Shown piece after piece: positions 1 through 12,000 of a stretch of 64,000 bases of DNA. The DNA comes from Patescibacteria group bacterium (GTDB lineage: Bacteria > Patescibacteriota > Minisyncoccia > Phycocordibacterales > UBA918), in assembly GCA_019750255.1 (NCBI GenBank), contig JAIEOU010000006.1, positions 52,142-116,141 of the forward strand. The letters are read 5' to 3'. The translations under genes and the position numbers were made by a program. Under the pieces are notes generated by a model. The model was not told the origin of the DNA, did not search any database, and saw nothing but the letters and a program-made list of their open reading frames with translations. Every line of letters begins with the position of its first letter. The first letter of the stretch is position 1.

Positions 1-3000
1 GCGATAGTCTCCGCCCCAGCTGTCGAATTAAAACGAACCGTTCCGCCATTCGCAGCAAAGGTCGCGTCGTTATCAAACGAACCGCCAACTGAAAGAGTGC
101 CATTTGGAAACGTGGCATCCCCACCGGTTTCGAGTACAAAATTTCCGAGAATAACAGCGTTTGAGTCAGTAAACGTACGTTGTCGCCGCAACTCTTCCCC
201 GCTCACTGCATAGAAGGTGGTTGAACTTGCCTGATTATTGCGCTCTGTGGTCATCCAACCTCCGGTTCGCGCGACTGAAGCAATACGGAACTCATCGATG
301 CGACCATCATGGTATTGGGATGCCCCCAAACTACCCAAAGAGAAGCCGGTAAGAGTTGCGCTTGGGTCACCGGCCGCACTACTCGCAATAAACGCACCAT
401 CCAGGAAGATACTCATATTCCCACCTCCCGCTCCGGGCGATATCAAACCCATATGCGTCCACTTATCGCGGTACGATGCATAGGACGTCGTAACTCGTCC
501 TGGTACGCCAGCCGTTCCAAAGTCCCAATACAATACCGCGTCGCCCCATGGCCCATGTGCTGCAATGCGTTGTCCTCCACTTTCTGTAAACCCAAAGAGA
601 TTAGCATTTTTTGTTTCCGCAGTAGAAACATTATTCCAAGCAGTGACAGTAATGGTGTTAGAAGCATTTGGCCAGACAAAACCGGCATTTGCCAAATAGT
701 CATTCACACCATCAAAATCAATACCATTACCAAGGACGGCTGGTACGCTGTCGCTACCATCCATCGCACCAAACGAAGTCAAATTGCGTGCGTTCTGGGT
801 ACTGTCTACCATCAAGCCTGTCGGGATTGTTTCTAAGTGATACACCGCTTCGTAACCATTAGTCCACACGTTGTTTCTGCCAAACGTTGAACTGGCAGTA
901 TTTGTTGCAGCTGATGCATTACCGTAATAGACATAGAAGACCGTGTTCGTGGATGATGAAATTGTAGGCGCCTTAAAGTGAACCTCACCAGTTTTAGCCA
1001 CAGTATTAATTGCCACCACTTCAACCGGCACTTCGGTCACCCCATCTGCAGTCGTCATGCGAATATCACCCCCATCAGACCGTACCCCGCTGAAGAACGC
1101 GTCGGGTAGATTAGACAGATTAATGTAGACAGGAAAATCAGTGAGAGTTGTTGGCACTTGTGAACTCTGTACCGTTACTGAGATTCGCTTAGTCCAACCC
1201 GAGCCATACCACGATCCGCTAGATCCGCGAGTTCTAAGATTGTTAAAAGAAGAACCATTAGTGCTAACGGTATTAGCTTGCTGCACCAAAAGGATAACTT
1301 CGCCGTTGTTGTGGGCAAACACACCGGTTCCGGTAGTAAGAAAGTCTCCACCCACAGTCAAAGTACCGCCTGGGAACGTGACAGTTCCGGCAGTGATGCG
1401 GAAATTTCGTGAGGTGGTAGCTGCGCTTTCAGTAAAGCTCCAAGCGCCGGAACCGGTAAATACCAGATCATAGAAGGCATTATTAAATACAGTAGCTGAT
1501 TGCGTTATGGTGCGCCCCGCAACGGTTGATGTCATGCGCACTTCACCGTTGTTGTGAAGGAAAATTCCGTTATTAGTAAACGAACCAGCAATGGTTGTGG
1601 TGCCGGTCGGGAGCGTTACCGTGCCGGTAGCGATTGAAAGTGAACCAGACACCACCAAGGTAGCAGTTGCGAATGACCAGCTACTGCCAGCGCCAGTAAA
1701 CGAGAGATTATTAAACGCCGAAACCCCTCGACTGATCGTGCCACTCGTTGATGTTCCAACAAACGTTACGGTGCCCCCTTGCGCCACAAAGGCATTGTTA
1801 TTTGTCCAGTTTTGGAAAACGCTTATATTGAAGCCTGAACCTGAAGCATTGAGGGTGTCATCGCCACCAATCGTAACGCTTTGCGCACCGACATTAGCGC
1901 TCAGTGTAATAGTCTTGGCCGCACCATCGATTACTGCAAAGCCAATATTGGTACTAGAGGCCTTACTATCTCCCCATGTGTTACTTCCCGTGCCATCAAA
2001 CGTGGTAGTGGCGATTCCCGACATCGTACCACCGAAGCCAATTGCTAAGTTACCAGCAACTGTGATTGTCGAAGTTGCACGCGCCAAGGTGCCGTGGGTA
2101 ATCGTTAGAGAACCATTCACATCCAAACTTCGGGATAGAACGTAGCTTGCAGTACTCGATGCCTCTCCAAAACTGAGGTTAAAGAAGCTGTATTGAGTTC
2201 CCGTGGCAGTTAAAGTTTCCGTACCCGAGGTCGCGGTAAAAAGAATCGTTGACGTATCTTCGATGAAAGTCCCCTGCTGATTGTATGATCCGCTAATACG
2301 TAGCGTGTTCGTGGCCGGACGGAACGTACCGAAGTTCGCAAAGTCATGAGTTGCAACAAGGGCTCCTGGTTGATATACCGATCCGCTCCGCACTTTCAGT
2401 CGTCCGTCCCCACAGACCGCCTCTACACAAACAGTGAGCACATCCCCGACACCCACAGTGAAGAAAAGGTCCTCGTCATCGACGTTATCGAAACCAGCAA
2501 ACTGAGCATTGGTCGTCGTCGCACCATCATCGCTTCCTATAGTTAGATGGCGCTTGGTTAACTCCATATTTGTTACGTTACCAATACCATCATAGGTTGT
2601 GACGCCGACAGCTTCATTTGCATCGGTGGCACCATCGACAAAAACAGTTATTGTATCTCCGGCAAAAGCACTCACGTTACTAACCGACCAGGTTCCCGTG
2701 GCGGTAATCGATCCAGTCTTCCCTGCCTGGAGCACGCCGTTTACCGCAACGGCGACTGTACCACTCGTGGTGGTTGCAATCCCATCAAATTCACGCGCAC
2801 TTCCCGAAACAGTGATGCCTTCCGACCACTCAACTGCCCACTCATTTAGTGACGGACAGTTTCCTGCCACACAGATAAACTGAGCATCGAGTTGTAGCTC
2901 GTTGAATATCGAGGTGTCTAATGAAGAGATGTTAATCGGACCGCTCCCAAAACCTACACTATTGCCGGGCAGCACTGCGTCGGGAACAAGCGTAAACAAA

Positions 3001-6000
3001 CTGGTAGAAGCGCGGTAATACAACCGGTACTCAATCGTGCTGGCACCTGGGGTGGCCTCATTCAGGGTTATCTCTTCCCAGCGTGGACCGTCCCCATCGT
3101 CAAAGTCAATGCTTGTCGAACGCATTGATCCTCCCGTGAAAATTGGGTATGTGCGTGCCGCCATATTTGAGGCATTGGTGTACTCGGGATTTGCATCTTG
3201 GCTTGAGTTACCGGTAATGGTGGTAAGAGCACTAAAGCTTCCGGACCAGTCAGAGGCCAAAATGTCGTCATTCGTAAGAGCACCATCATCAAATGCGGTG
3301 ACATGTATCCGACCGTCTCCAGCGCGCACCACCTCCATTTCATATCCGTCAGGCATAGTACTAAGAGGAAGCTCTCCTGACAGCACCGTTGAAAATGTCT
3401 GATAAAACGAAAGCGTGCCGTTGTCTGAGTAGGTAATCATCAGGTTTCCATCCCGACCAGCAGCGGTTTCAAACGCACAATCAATAGGAAGCGCATTATT
3501 GCCGTTAGCAGCTACCGGTTCGACTTCAACCGGTGCATCCCATGATGATCCGTTCCAAAGAGCAAATCCGGAATTATTATCGTTATCAACATAACAGAGC
3601 GCCAAACGATCAGTCCCGACATCTGGCCGCAGTACGCCAAATTCCATATGATCACCAAGCGTTGCGCTACTAGCAACACTCCAGGCTGACCCGTTCCAAG
3701 TTCGAAAGAAAAGCGAGCCTGCTGCCGTTGAGGTGGTAGTTGAAACGACGAGAACGGCTTGATTGCCCGACTCTTCATAGGTGAGGGCCATACCTTCTGA
3801 TTCCGGCTCTACCAGTTCACCAAAGGTAGTAGTCGCAGTCCAGCTACTGCCATTCCATACCATTGCTTCGTAATCCACACCAGCAGCAACCGTGTGTCTA
3901 AAGACGGCAATAATTTCATCCGAAACCGGATCAGAAGCGGCGAGTACCCACTCACAGCTATTTGTATTTACCAGGTTGATTGAGGACGTTGCGGACCACG
4001 AGGTGCCATTCCAGATTGCATAGACTGCGTCAGTGCCAGCACAACTAATTGCCATCAAATCACCTGACGTGGTCTCATACGCAAGATCAACAGCGCGACG
4101 CTCGGCATTGACCACGTTATTAAAGAGCTCGAGGACGTTAGACCAGGTATCGGAGTCACTATTATATATCTGAACATTGACGTCGTTGTCGGTTCCAGTG
4201 GTACCGAGGGCATATTCCGGCCGGGTCGGAGCCGCTTTCAGTCGAACCGTCCGAACCTGAGCTCCAACACTTTCTGCTGTTTGTGCAGCATCCCAGGCTG
4301 TACCATTCCATAAACGATAACGCGGTGCCTGACCCGTCCCCTCACCATAGGTCACCATAACTTCATTCACCACCGTCGAAATCACGGCCGCGCCGGTGGT
4401 TGTAGAAATGTCTTCACGGCTATTGGTAGAGAATTGATCCCCGGTTGTTTGACTCCATACCGATGTTGTTATGGACGTATCAATCGTAAAGCTGCGTGGT
4501 GATGAATACCGAGTCCAGGTATCACTACCTCCAGGATCACGAGCCCGGACTCGCCACCAGTAGGTTGTACCGTTAAGGAGAGGACTTTGGAATTGATACC
4601 GAATTACATTCCCTGTCCTAAACGGAGATGTGTCAGAGCTCGATGCGGTGTTAATGAATCCGCCATCAATTCCCGACAAAAAGGTAGAGGACGAGGTAAA
4701 CAAGGGACTAGTGGATACTTGTACTTCATATCTAATATCTTGACTCTCTGGGTCAGTTGAAGAAAAGGTGACAGCCGGAGTAGTCGTTCCGGATTTTGCG
4801 TTATCAAATAACGTTACCAATGACGGTACAGTTGTCGTTTCTGCCCACGTCACAGTCCAAGCCTGGAGCCTTGGCACTGTGCTGTTTCCGGACAATACTG
4901 CCCTAATACGAAGCTCGTTATATGTAGAAGTGTTTAAGTTAGTCAGCGTTACTGGAGACGAGGTGAAGCCAGCACTGTTTCCAGGCAAGGCTGCATCAGG
5001 GACCAGTGCAAAAGTGTCCCCACCCACACGATACTCAATGTAATACCGAATAGAGCCAGACGTTACGTCGTGCACATAACTGAACGCTCCCCAAGCATTA
5101 CCCGTATCACGATCGTCGTAGTCAATAACGGAAGACGTTACGGTCGCTACTGTAAAACCACTATCGATACCCGTATCATTTGAACTCGTTGATACCACGG
5201 CATCGAATAGAATATTTGTGGCAAACTGCTCGCCGGTAGTCTGGAACCATGTGGTTATCGTAGTTCCGGAATTAACCGTAACACTGGTCGGAACTGACCA
5301 CTCACCGGTTGTATTTGAACCAAAATCATCACGACCCCTTACCCGCCACCAGTAGGTTGTATTGTTTGCGAGCGCAGCATTCGGAATAAAACGGATTGTT
5401 TGTCCGCTCGTATATTGACTACGTTCTGACGGATTAGAGAGGTTAGTAAACAATGCAAAGGTATCGACAGAGTTACGAGTGACTACCGGAGAGCTAAAGT
5501 CAGCCGAGTCATCAATCTCGATTTCATAGGAAATAAGATCACCAAGCGCATCATTGGCGTAAAACTCAAACCACGGTGACGTAGAAGCTGTCTGTTCGTT
5601 ATCAAAAGGGGCTTCATTAATCGGATTAGCTGGTGGCGCGTTGGTAATAAGACGCGGGTAATTCGTGTACGTATTTAGCGTAGCACCGTCGTTATAGACG
5701 AGCCGGAAACAATAGTTAGTATTTGCGGCTGCACCATTATTTTGTAGTGCAAAGTCCCACTCAGCATCGTTGCCGACAACAAGACCATTACGATTAGCAA
5801 GCGTAGGGTTACGTTCTTCATATGTCTCGGCGTAATCTGACGCAGACAAGACAGTGCTTGGCAACACTCTTCCGTCACCAATAAGCTCCTCAGATGAAAC
5901 CGCATAGAAACCGGTAGGATTTGACTGATTAGTTCTTTCAGTCAATATCCAGCCCGCTGATCGCTCAACAGACGCAATGCGGAACTCATCAATTCGACCA

Positions 6001-9000
6001 TCATGGTGATTTCCGCCAGTCGTAAGATCGCTACCGAGCGAAAAGCCGGTCAGGGCGACATTTGGATCATCTGAAATCGTCGAAGTGGCGACCGCAGTAC
6101 CATCTAAGTAGATACCCATAAACCCTGGTGTGGCTACACCGCGTGACACAAGCCCAATATGGGTCCACTTATTGCGAATGGCTGAGTAATTTGTCGTCAA
6201 TCGACCTCCGACACCACAGCAGGTACCATAATCCCAATAAAGCACCGCATCATTCCATGGCGCATGAGTTGCGAGTCGCTCAGTGCCCGACACATTAAAA
6301 CCAAACAGGCTCGCAGTCTTAGTTTCGGCTGTGGACACGTTGTTCCAAGCCGTCACAGTCACAGCATTAGAGGTATTCAGCCATGACCACGCAGTGTTAG
6401 TGAGTCGGTCATTAATCCCATCAAAATCGACACCGTTCCCCATCACACTACTGGTACTCTGGCTCCCCAACATACCACCATTAGTGGTTAGCGTTCTGCC
6501 ATTACTCGTACTATCCGTCAGGTTACTGGCAGGACTTGTCTCTAAGTGGTAAACCGCCTCGTAGCCATTAGTCCAAACATTATTTCGACCGAAGGGAGCG
6601 GTCACCGCATACCCTGAAGCCGACGGATTACCATAGTAAATATAGAACTCAGAATCAGTGCTTGTGGAGAGATCTCCCTTAAAATGAAGCTCACCCATTC
6701 TGGTTGTCGTATTAATCGATACCAGCTCAAATGGGACTTCGGTCAAGCCGTTACTCGTGGTCACTCGTATATCATCACCGTCCGACTGCACCTGAGTAAA
6801 GAAGGAGTCGGGTAGGTCATCGAGGTTTACATAGACCGGAAAATTTGTGATCACTCCACTTACGAGCGATTTGTTTACTGTGATTTTCAATCTTCGTAGC
6901 CACGACGCACTATACCAGTCACTACCAACAATACTATTTTCATAACCCCTCCATAGCGCTGTAGTCGAACTAGTATCTCCCACATCAGCCCACGCCAGGC
7001 CAGGACTACACGTAAAGCCTGGGGCATACTGCAATTTAAATTGCTCGGTCGATGTGGGTTGTATAACATTTGCCCCCCGAAGCGCGATTCGCAAACGAAT
7101 CGCTTCGCTATTACTGACCGCATAGCTCGAGTCAATAGCAGTACTTTCTGCGATGTCTACACCTCCTATAGGCCACGCATCGGTCGGTGTTAGGAAACTA
7201 CCATTGCTATACCAACGGTACGCACTTTGAATAAGTCGAGGTTCGCGAACCCACGACAATATCCAGTCTTCAAGGCTTGCCGACTCACTCCCCTGTGTCG
7301 TCAGGGTTGCTTCAAGACAAATTTGGCTGAACGTAGTCGTCGAAAGCCCAGTGAGGTTAATTGGGGACTGAGTGACATCAAATCCGGCACTGTTGCCCGA
7401 CAGGGCGCCGTTGGGCACATAAGTATCGCACGTCGTCGAGGCGGTATAGCGCAGTCGCAGCTTAACGTCGGTACCAAATGGCTCGCTGGTTGAAAACGTT
7501 ATATCTCCCCACGTCGCTTGGTTTGGTACAAAGTTGAAATTAATTATTGGAGTGCGCACAGTTCCTTGTACGAACTGGAAACGCTTAGCACTCATCGACA
7601 TCGCTTCATAGATACCTCCGGCTGGAATAACCGCCTCGAGTGTCTCGCTCGTTGTCCAACCGCTACCGTTCCAACGGGCAGTATCAAGACGATCATTCTC
7701 GTCGTCGTAATGGAGAGCCATCACAATACCATCGCTGGTACGCTCCGTTTGTACCCATAGCGCATCATTCATGTTTGATCCGGCTTGATTGGTTGTCCAG
7801 CTATTCGTTGTAGTCGAGAATGTTGCATGATAATCACCATCGACGCCCGTATCTGAGTACGGGGCAATGATATTGCCACTGCGTCCTGCCACCGTTTCGT
7901 ACTCACAGTCAATAGGCCGCCCGGTAATCGCGTTACCGGTAGTCGTCAACTCAGACGTCGCTGACCACACTCCCCCATCCCAACGAATTGCTCCGATGTC
8001 AGCATCGGCATCAACATAACAGAGCACAATGGCATCTGAGTCTGGATTTGGTGACAATGACGCATAGTATAGGTCATTTCCTATCCCCTGGGTCGTGTTA
8101 GCACTGAACTCTGATCCGTTCCAGGTGGTATAAGCAAAACTGGCCGCAGTGCCATTAGCCGCCACGATAAGCGCCTGCTCACCCGAACTTTCATAGACGA
8201 CGTCAACCCCCTCGGGCGCAACCGCGGGAGGGACACCAATAATTCGGTTATTCACCCAGGCTGTACCATCCCACACCATCGCCTCATACTGAGTGCCTGT
8301 GTCACGCACAACTACAATTATTTCGTCTGAGGTTGGATCTGAAGCGGCTTGAATGTAGTTACAGTTATTGAGTGAAGAGACGTCGATGGTACTCGTTGCG
8401 CTCCAGGACGAACCGTTCCAGATGCGAAACACTGGGTCCGCACCATTCGTGCACGAAATGGCCATGAGGTCTCCCGACAAACTTTCGTAGGTCAAGGCAA
8501 TACCGCGGTATATGTTACTCGTCAGGACGTTTGAAAGCAGCACTTGATTACCCCACGAACTACTTGAGGCTTGATAAATCTGCGCAAAGGCATCGTTTGA
8601 TTGATCAAGCGTTACCATCGCGTATTCATTACGATTGACTGCCGCTGCCGTTTCTACCCAATTTATGGTGTTACTTACCGCCACCGCATTTAACTCGAGA
8701 CCCCAACTCGTTCCATTCCACAAGCGATACCGAGGCGTCGCCACCGTACCCTCGGCATATGCCGCAAGCAATTCTTGATTGACTGTTGCATCAACCTGAA
8801 TACGATCATTTCCACTACTAACCGTGCCCACAAAACTATTTCCCTCAAACTGACCGTCAAAAGACTGGTACCAGTTAGGCACCGCCACGGCTAGATCCAC
8901 CGTCAGACTTTGTGTTACTGACCAATCACCATACTCCCCAGAGCCTGACACATCCCGGGCACGCACGCGCCAGTAGTAGGTAGCACGGTCAGTCAGGGCA

Positions 9001-12000
9001 TCAGCTGGTTGTAATTGGAATCGAATTGTTTCATTCTCATTGAACGGAGACGTATCTGTTGTTGAAGCAGTGTTGCGGAAACCGGCACTCGACGATGAAA
9101 AGCGAGTGATGCCGTTCGAGAAATCTGCACTGGTAGCAAGGGCAAACTCATAGGTAAGATTCGACGCCCCATCTGGATCAACCGACCTGAAATCAAAGAA
9201 CGGCGTTGTGGAGGCAAACCGAATGTTATCGAACGGGGTGTTAAACGTAGTCGGAGCCGCTGGGCGTTCATCGACGTCTAATTTCTTAGTCAGTGTAATT
9301 ACGGCATCAGTGACGTCATCGGTGGTAGCGTTTGCACCCTCCTGCTCTACCATCACGTTGATGGTGGCGCTAGCAGCAAGGTTCTCTAGCAGAAACACGA
9401 GCACGCCCGAGCTGTTGTCGTGTGCGTTCTGACCACGCACGTAATGTGATTTTGTTTGGGCACCAGATACAGCAACACCATTGACCTCGACCGTAATACG
9501 CGTATTTGCGTGCTGAGTACCCGAGATAAGGGCATTGTTGTAGGTGAGCAGATAGGTGCCGGCTTGATCAACAATAATATCGTCATTATTCGTCGTTGTT
9601 GAATGTGTAAAGGCGGCTTCATCTTTGATGACAGACGTATCAAACAGGAGCGACTCCCGCGGCGAATCACTCCAGTCAATACCTCCCGATAGGTTACGCC
9701 CGCGGAGCACAATCGTGTCGGCTGTGGTCATCTTTTCAATATAAATTGAACCAACAAAGCCGGTAGAGGTGGAAACAGTCACGGTTCCTGTATTTGCTTC
9801 ACGTTCTGCCGTGATCGTGAGCACCTGATTTGTGGTGGTTGCCACAACCACACCTGACCAATGCAGTGATGAATTAAAGTCGGCATCAGCATCTGCATTT
9901 GCTGCCGTATAAGCTTGCGAAAATACTCCACCAGAGACTTGCACGCCATTAAGAAGGACTCTGCCGAGAATATTCTGGTTTGAAGTAGTGTCGCCAGTAA
10001 CCGGGACACTCAGGTGAACCCGATAGGTGCCGGGGTTCAAAATAGTAATATTCTCCGGCGATATCGTATTTGAGTGTATATATCCAGCGTCTTGTCTCGT
10101 TTCGGTCCACTGGAACGGAAACGGGGTGACCTGATTGAGGTTCGTTGAGTTTGTGGTGCGCGTAGTGGTCGCCGCAAAAACATCATTGGTCGGCTGTACA
10201 TACTCAACGTACATACTCGCCTGCCCTGAAACATTAACAATATCGGTTACTTCAATTGTTCCAAGACCCTGCACCTGCACCGTTACCTCATCACCCGCCT
10301 GTGCGCCACTCAACATAAACTGAGCATGTGAAGACGATTCGGAATGACTATTGGCATTACGTATAAATCCACTCCGTCCAAGACCTTGCGGTACGGCCAC
10401 ACCATTTACACGCACCTCGACACCAACACGACTGCGACTGGCAGCACCGTCAGTTCGGGTCATCGGAAGCGTCACGGCCATGAAATAATCACCCGACTGT
10501 CTCAGGGTGACCGTCTGCGAGTTCGTAGAGGTTGAATGGGAAAAGTAATACGAGTCAACGGTCGAGGTGCTCCACTGTAGTGGGCTGGCGGCATTATTAA
10601 GGTTCGTACTGCCAACTGTTCTCGTTCCAGTAAACCACCCAATACCCGAAAGCGCGTCGGAAGCTATCTGCCAGCTACGCAATTCTCTAAAGCCATCCAT
10701 ATCCAGCGGACCGAGTAGGTAGGTATACGGACTAAGATCAGGAGCATCAAAGCGGTAGCTGAACGTCCGCTTTTCACCCTCCTTGAGTTCAACCGCTTTC
10801 CACACGAGCTCAGTAAAATCCGGTCGAGATACGACCTCAGCACCGCCAGTATCTTCAAACACAAAACCTCGGGGCACTCGCTCTACAATATCCCCGACAA
10901 AACTGCGACGCGCCTCCACCGTAATTGCAACGTCATACGCCGCCAACGGATAAATACGCGTAGGCGCGGTACGCTCAATGTCGAACGGAATATACTCATG
11001 CACCTCGAAGAAATCTTCGATTACATGAACAACGGAACCGGCAGCATTTCGGTGGGTTAGCTGAACGGTATACCGTCCAGGCGTGTTGGTGTCACCAAAC
11101 TGTGACTCGTAGTCTGGAATATTCGTCACGTTATTCTTCCCACAAGCTCCCGACTGCACAACCGGAACTTCAGATATTGCATTATTGGGATCAATAATTT
11201 TTAACTCAAGATTGGCATCACAAATTGTGTCGCCTCGATCAGTCAAGGCGGCCATCTGGAGACGCACCCGCTCTCCCGGTCCATACATCGTTTTTGTGCT
11301 ATTGACCGCCAGCACTCCCCAGTAAAATTCAAATGAATCTACATAAATATGGTCGTTTTCATTAATAGAAATTGAAAGCGCGTATTTCCCAGCAACGAGT
11401 TTCTGCGGGCGGCCCTTAAAGTGCACTATCCAGGTTGTCTCGTCATGATATTCGATAGATACAGGCACATCGACCACTTCGCCAAAAGCATCAGTCAGCC
11501 GTACTGAGTCAACGCTGTAGATGTTTTCACTAAAGACAGCATTCCACATCCGGCGTAAGAAGCCATCTTGGGGAGCGTAGCTGAGAGTAAACGATGGAAG
11601 CGAACTAAGCGTCTGATCAATGTCAGGATTATGCAGCCCATGGAACTTAGGCAGGGCCAAATCGCGCTCATAGGTTATCTGGTCAGTCGTACTCGCGAGA
11701 CTAGCATCCTCGTAAAAACTTCCCGCCGTCACCTCGAGCCAGACACTCTCCACATACGCCGACTCCATCGCCTCGAGGTTACCCTCAAAGACGACTCGCA
11801 CCTCTAAGTTGGATAAGTCCGCAAGCTGTGGTGGTGTTTCAAAAGAAATGAGGTAATAACCCCCGTTAATACCATTGGAAACTTCATCTTCTACATCAAT
11901 AATTGATGCGACTTTAAATTCAGTCGTACTACCGTATCTGAACTCAATAGAAAAGCGCTGGGGACCACTGTAATCCGTTGCTGAGTTTCTTTTTGCTGCT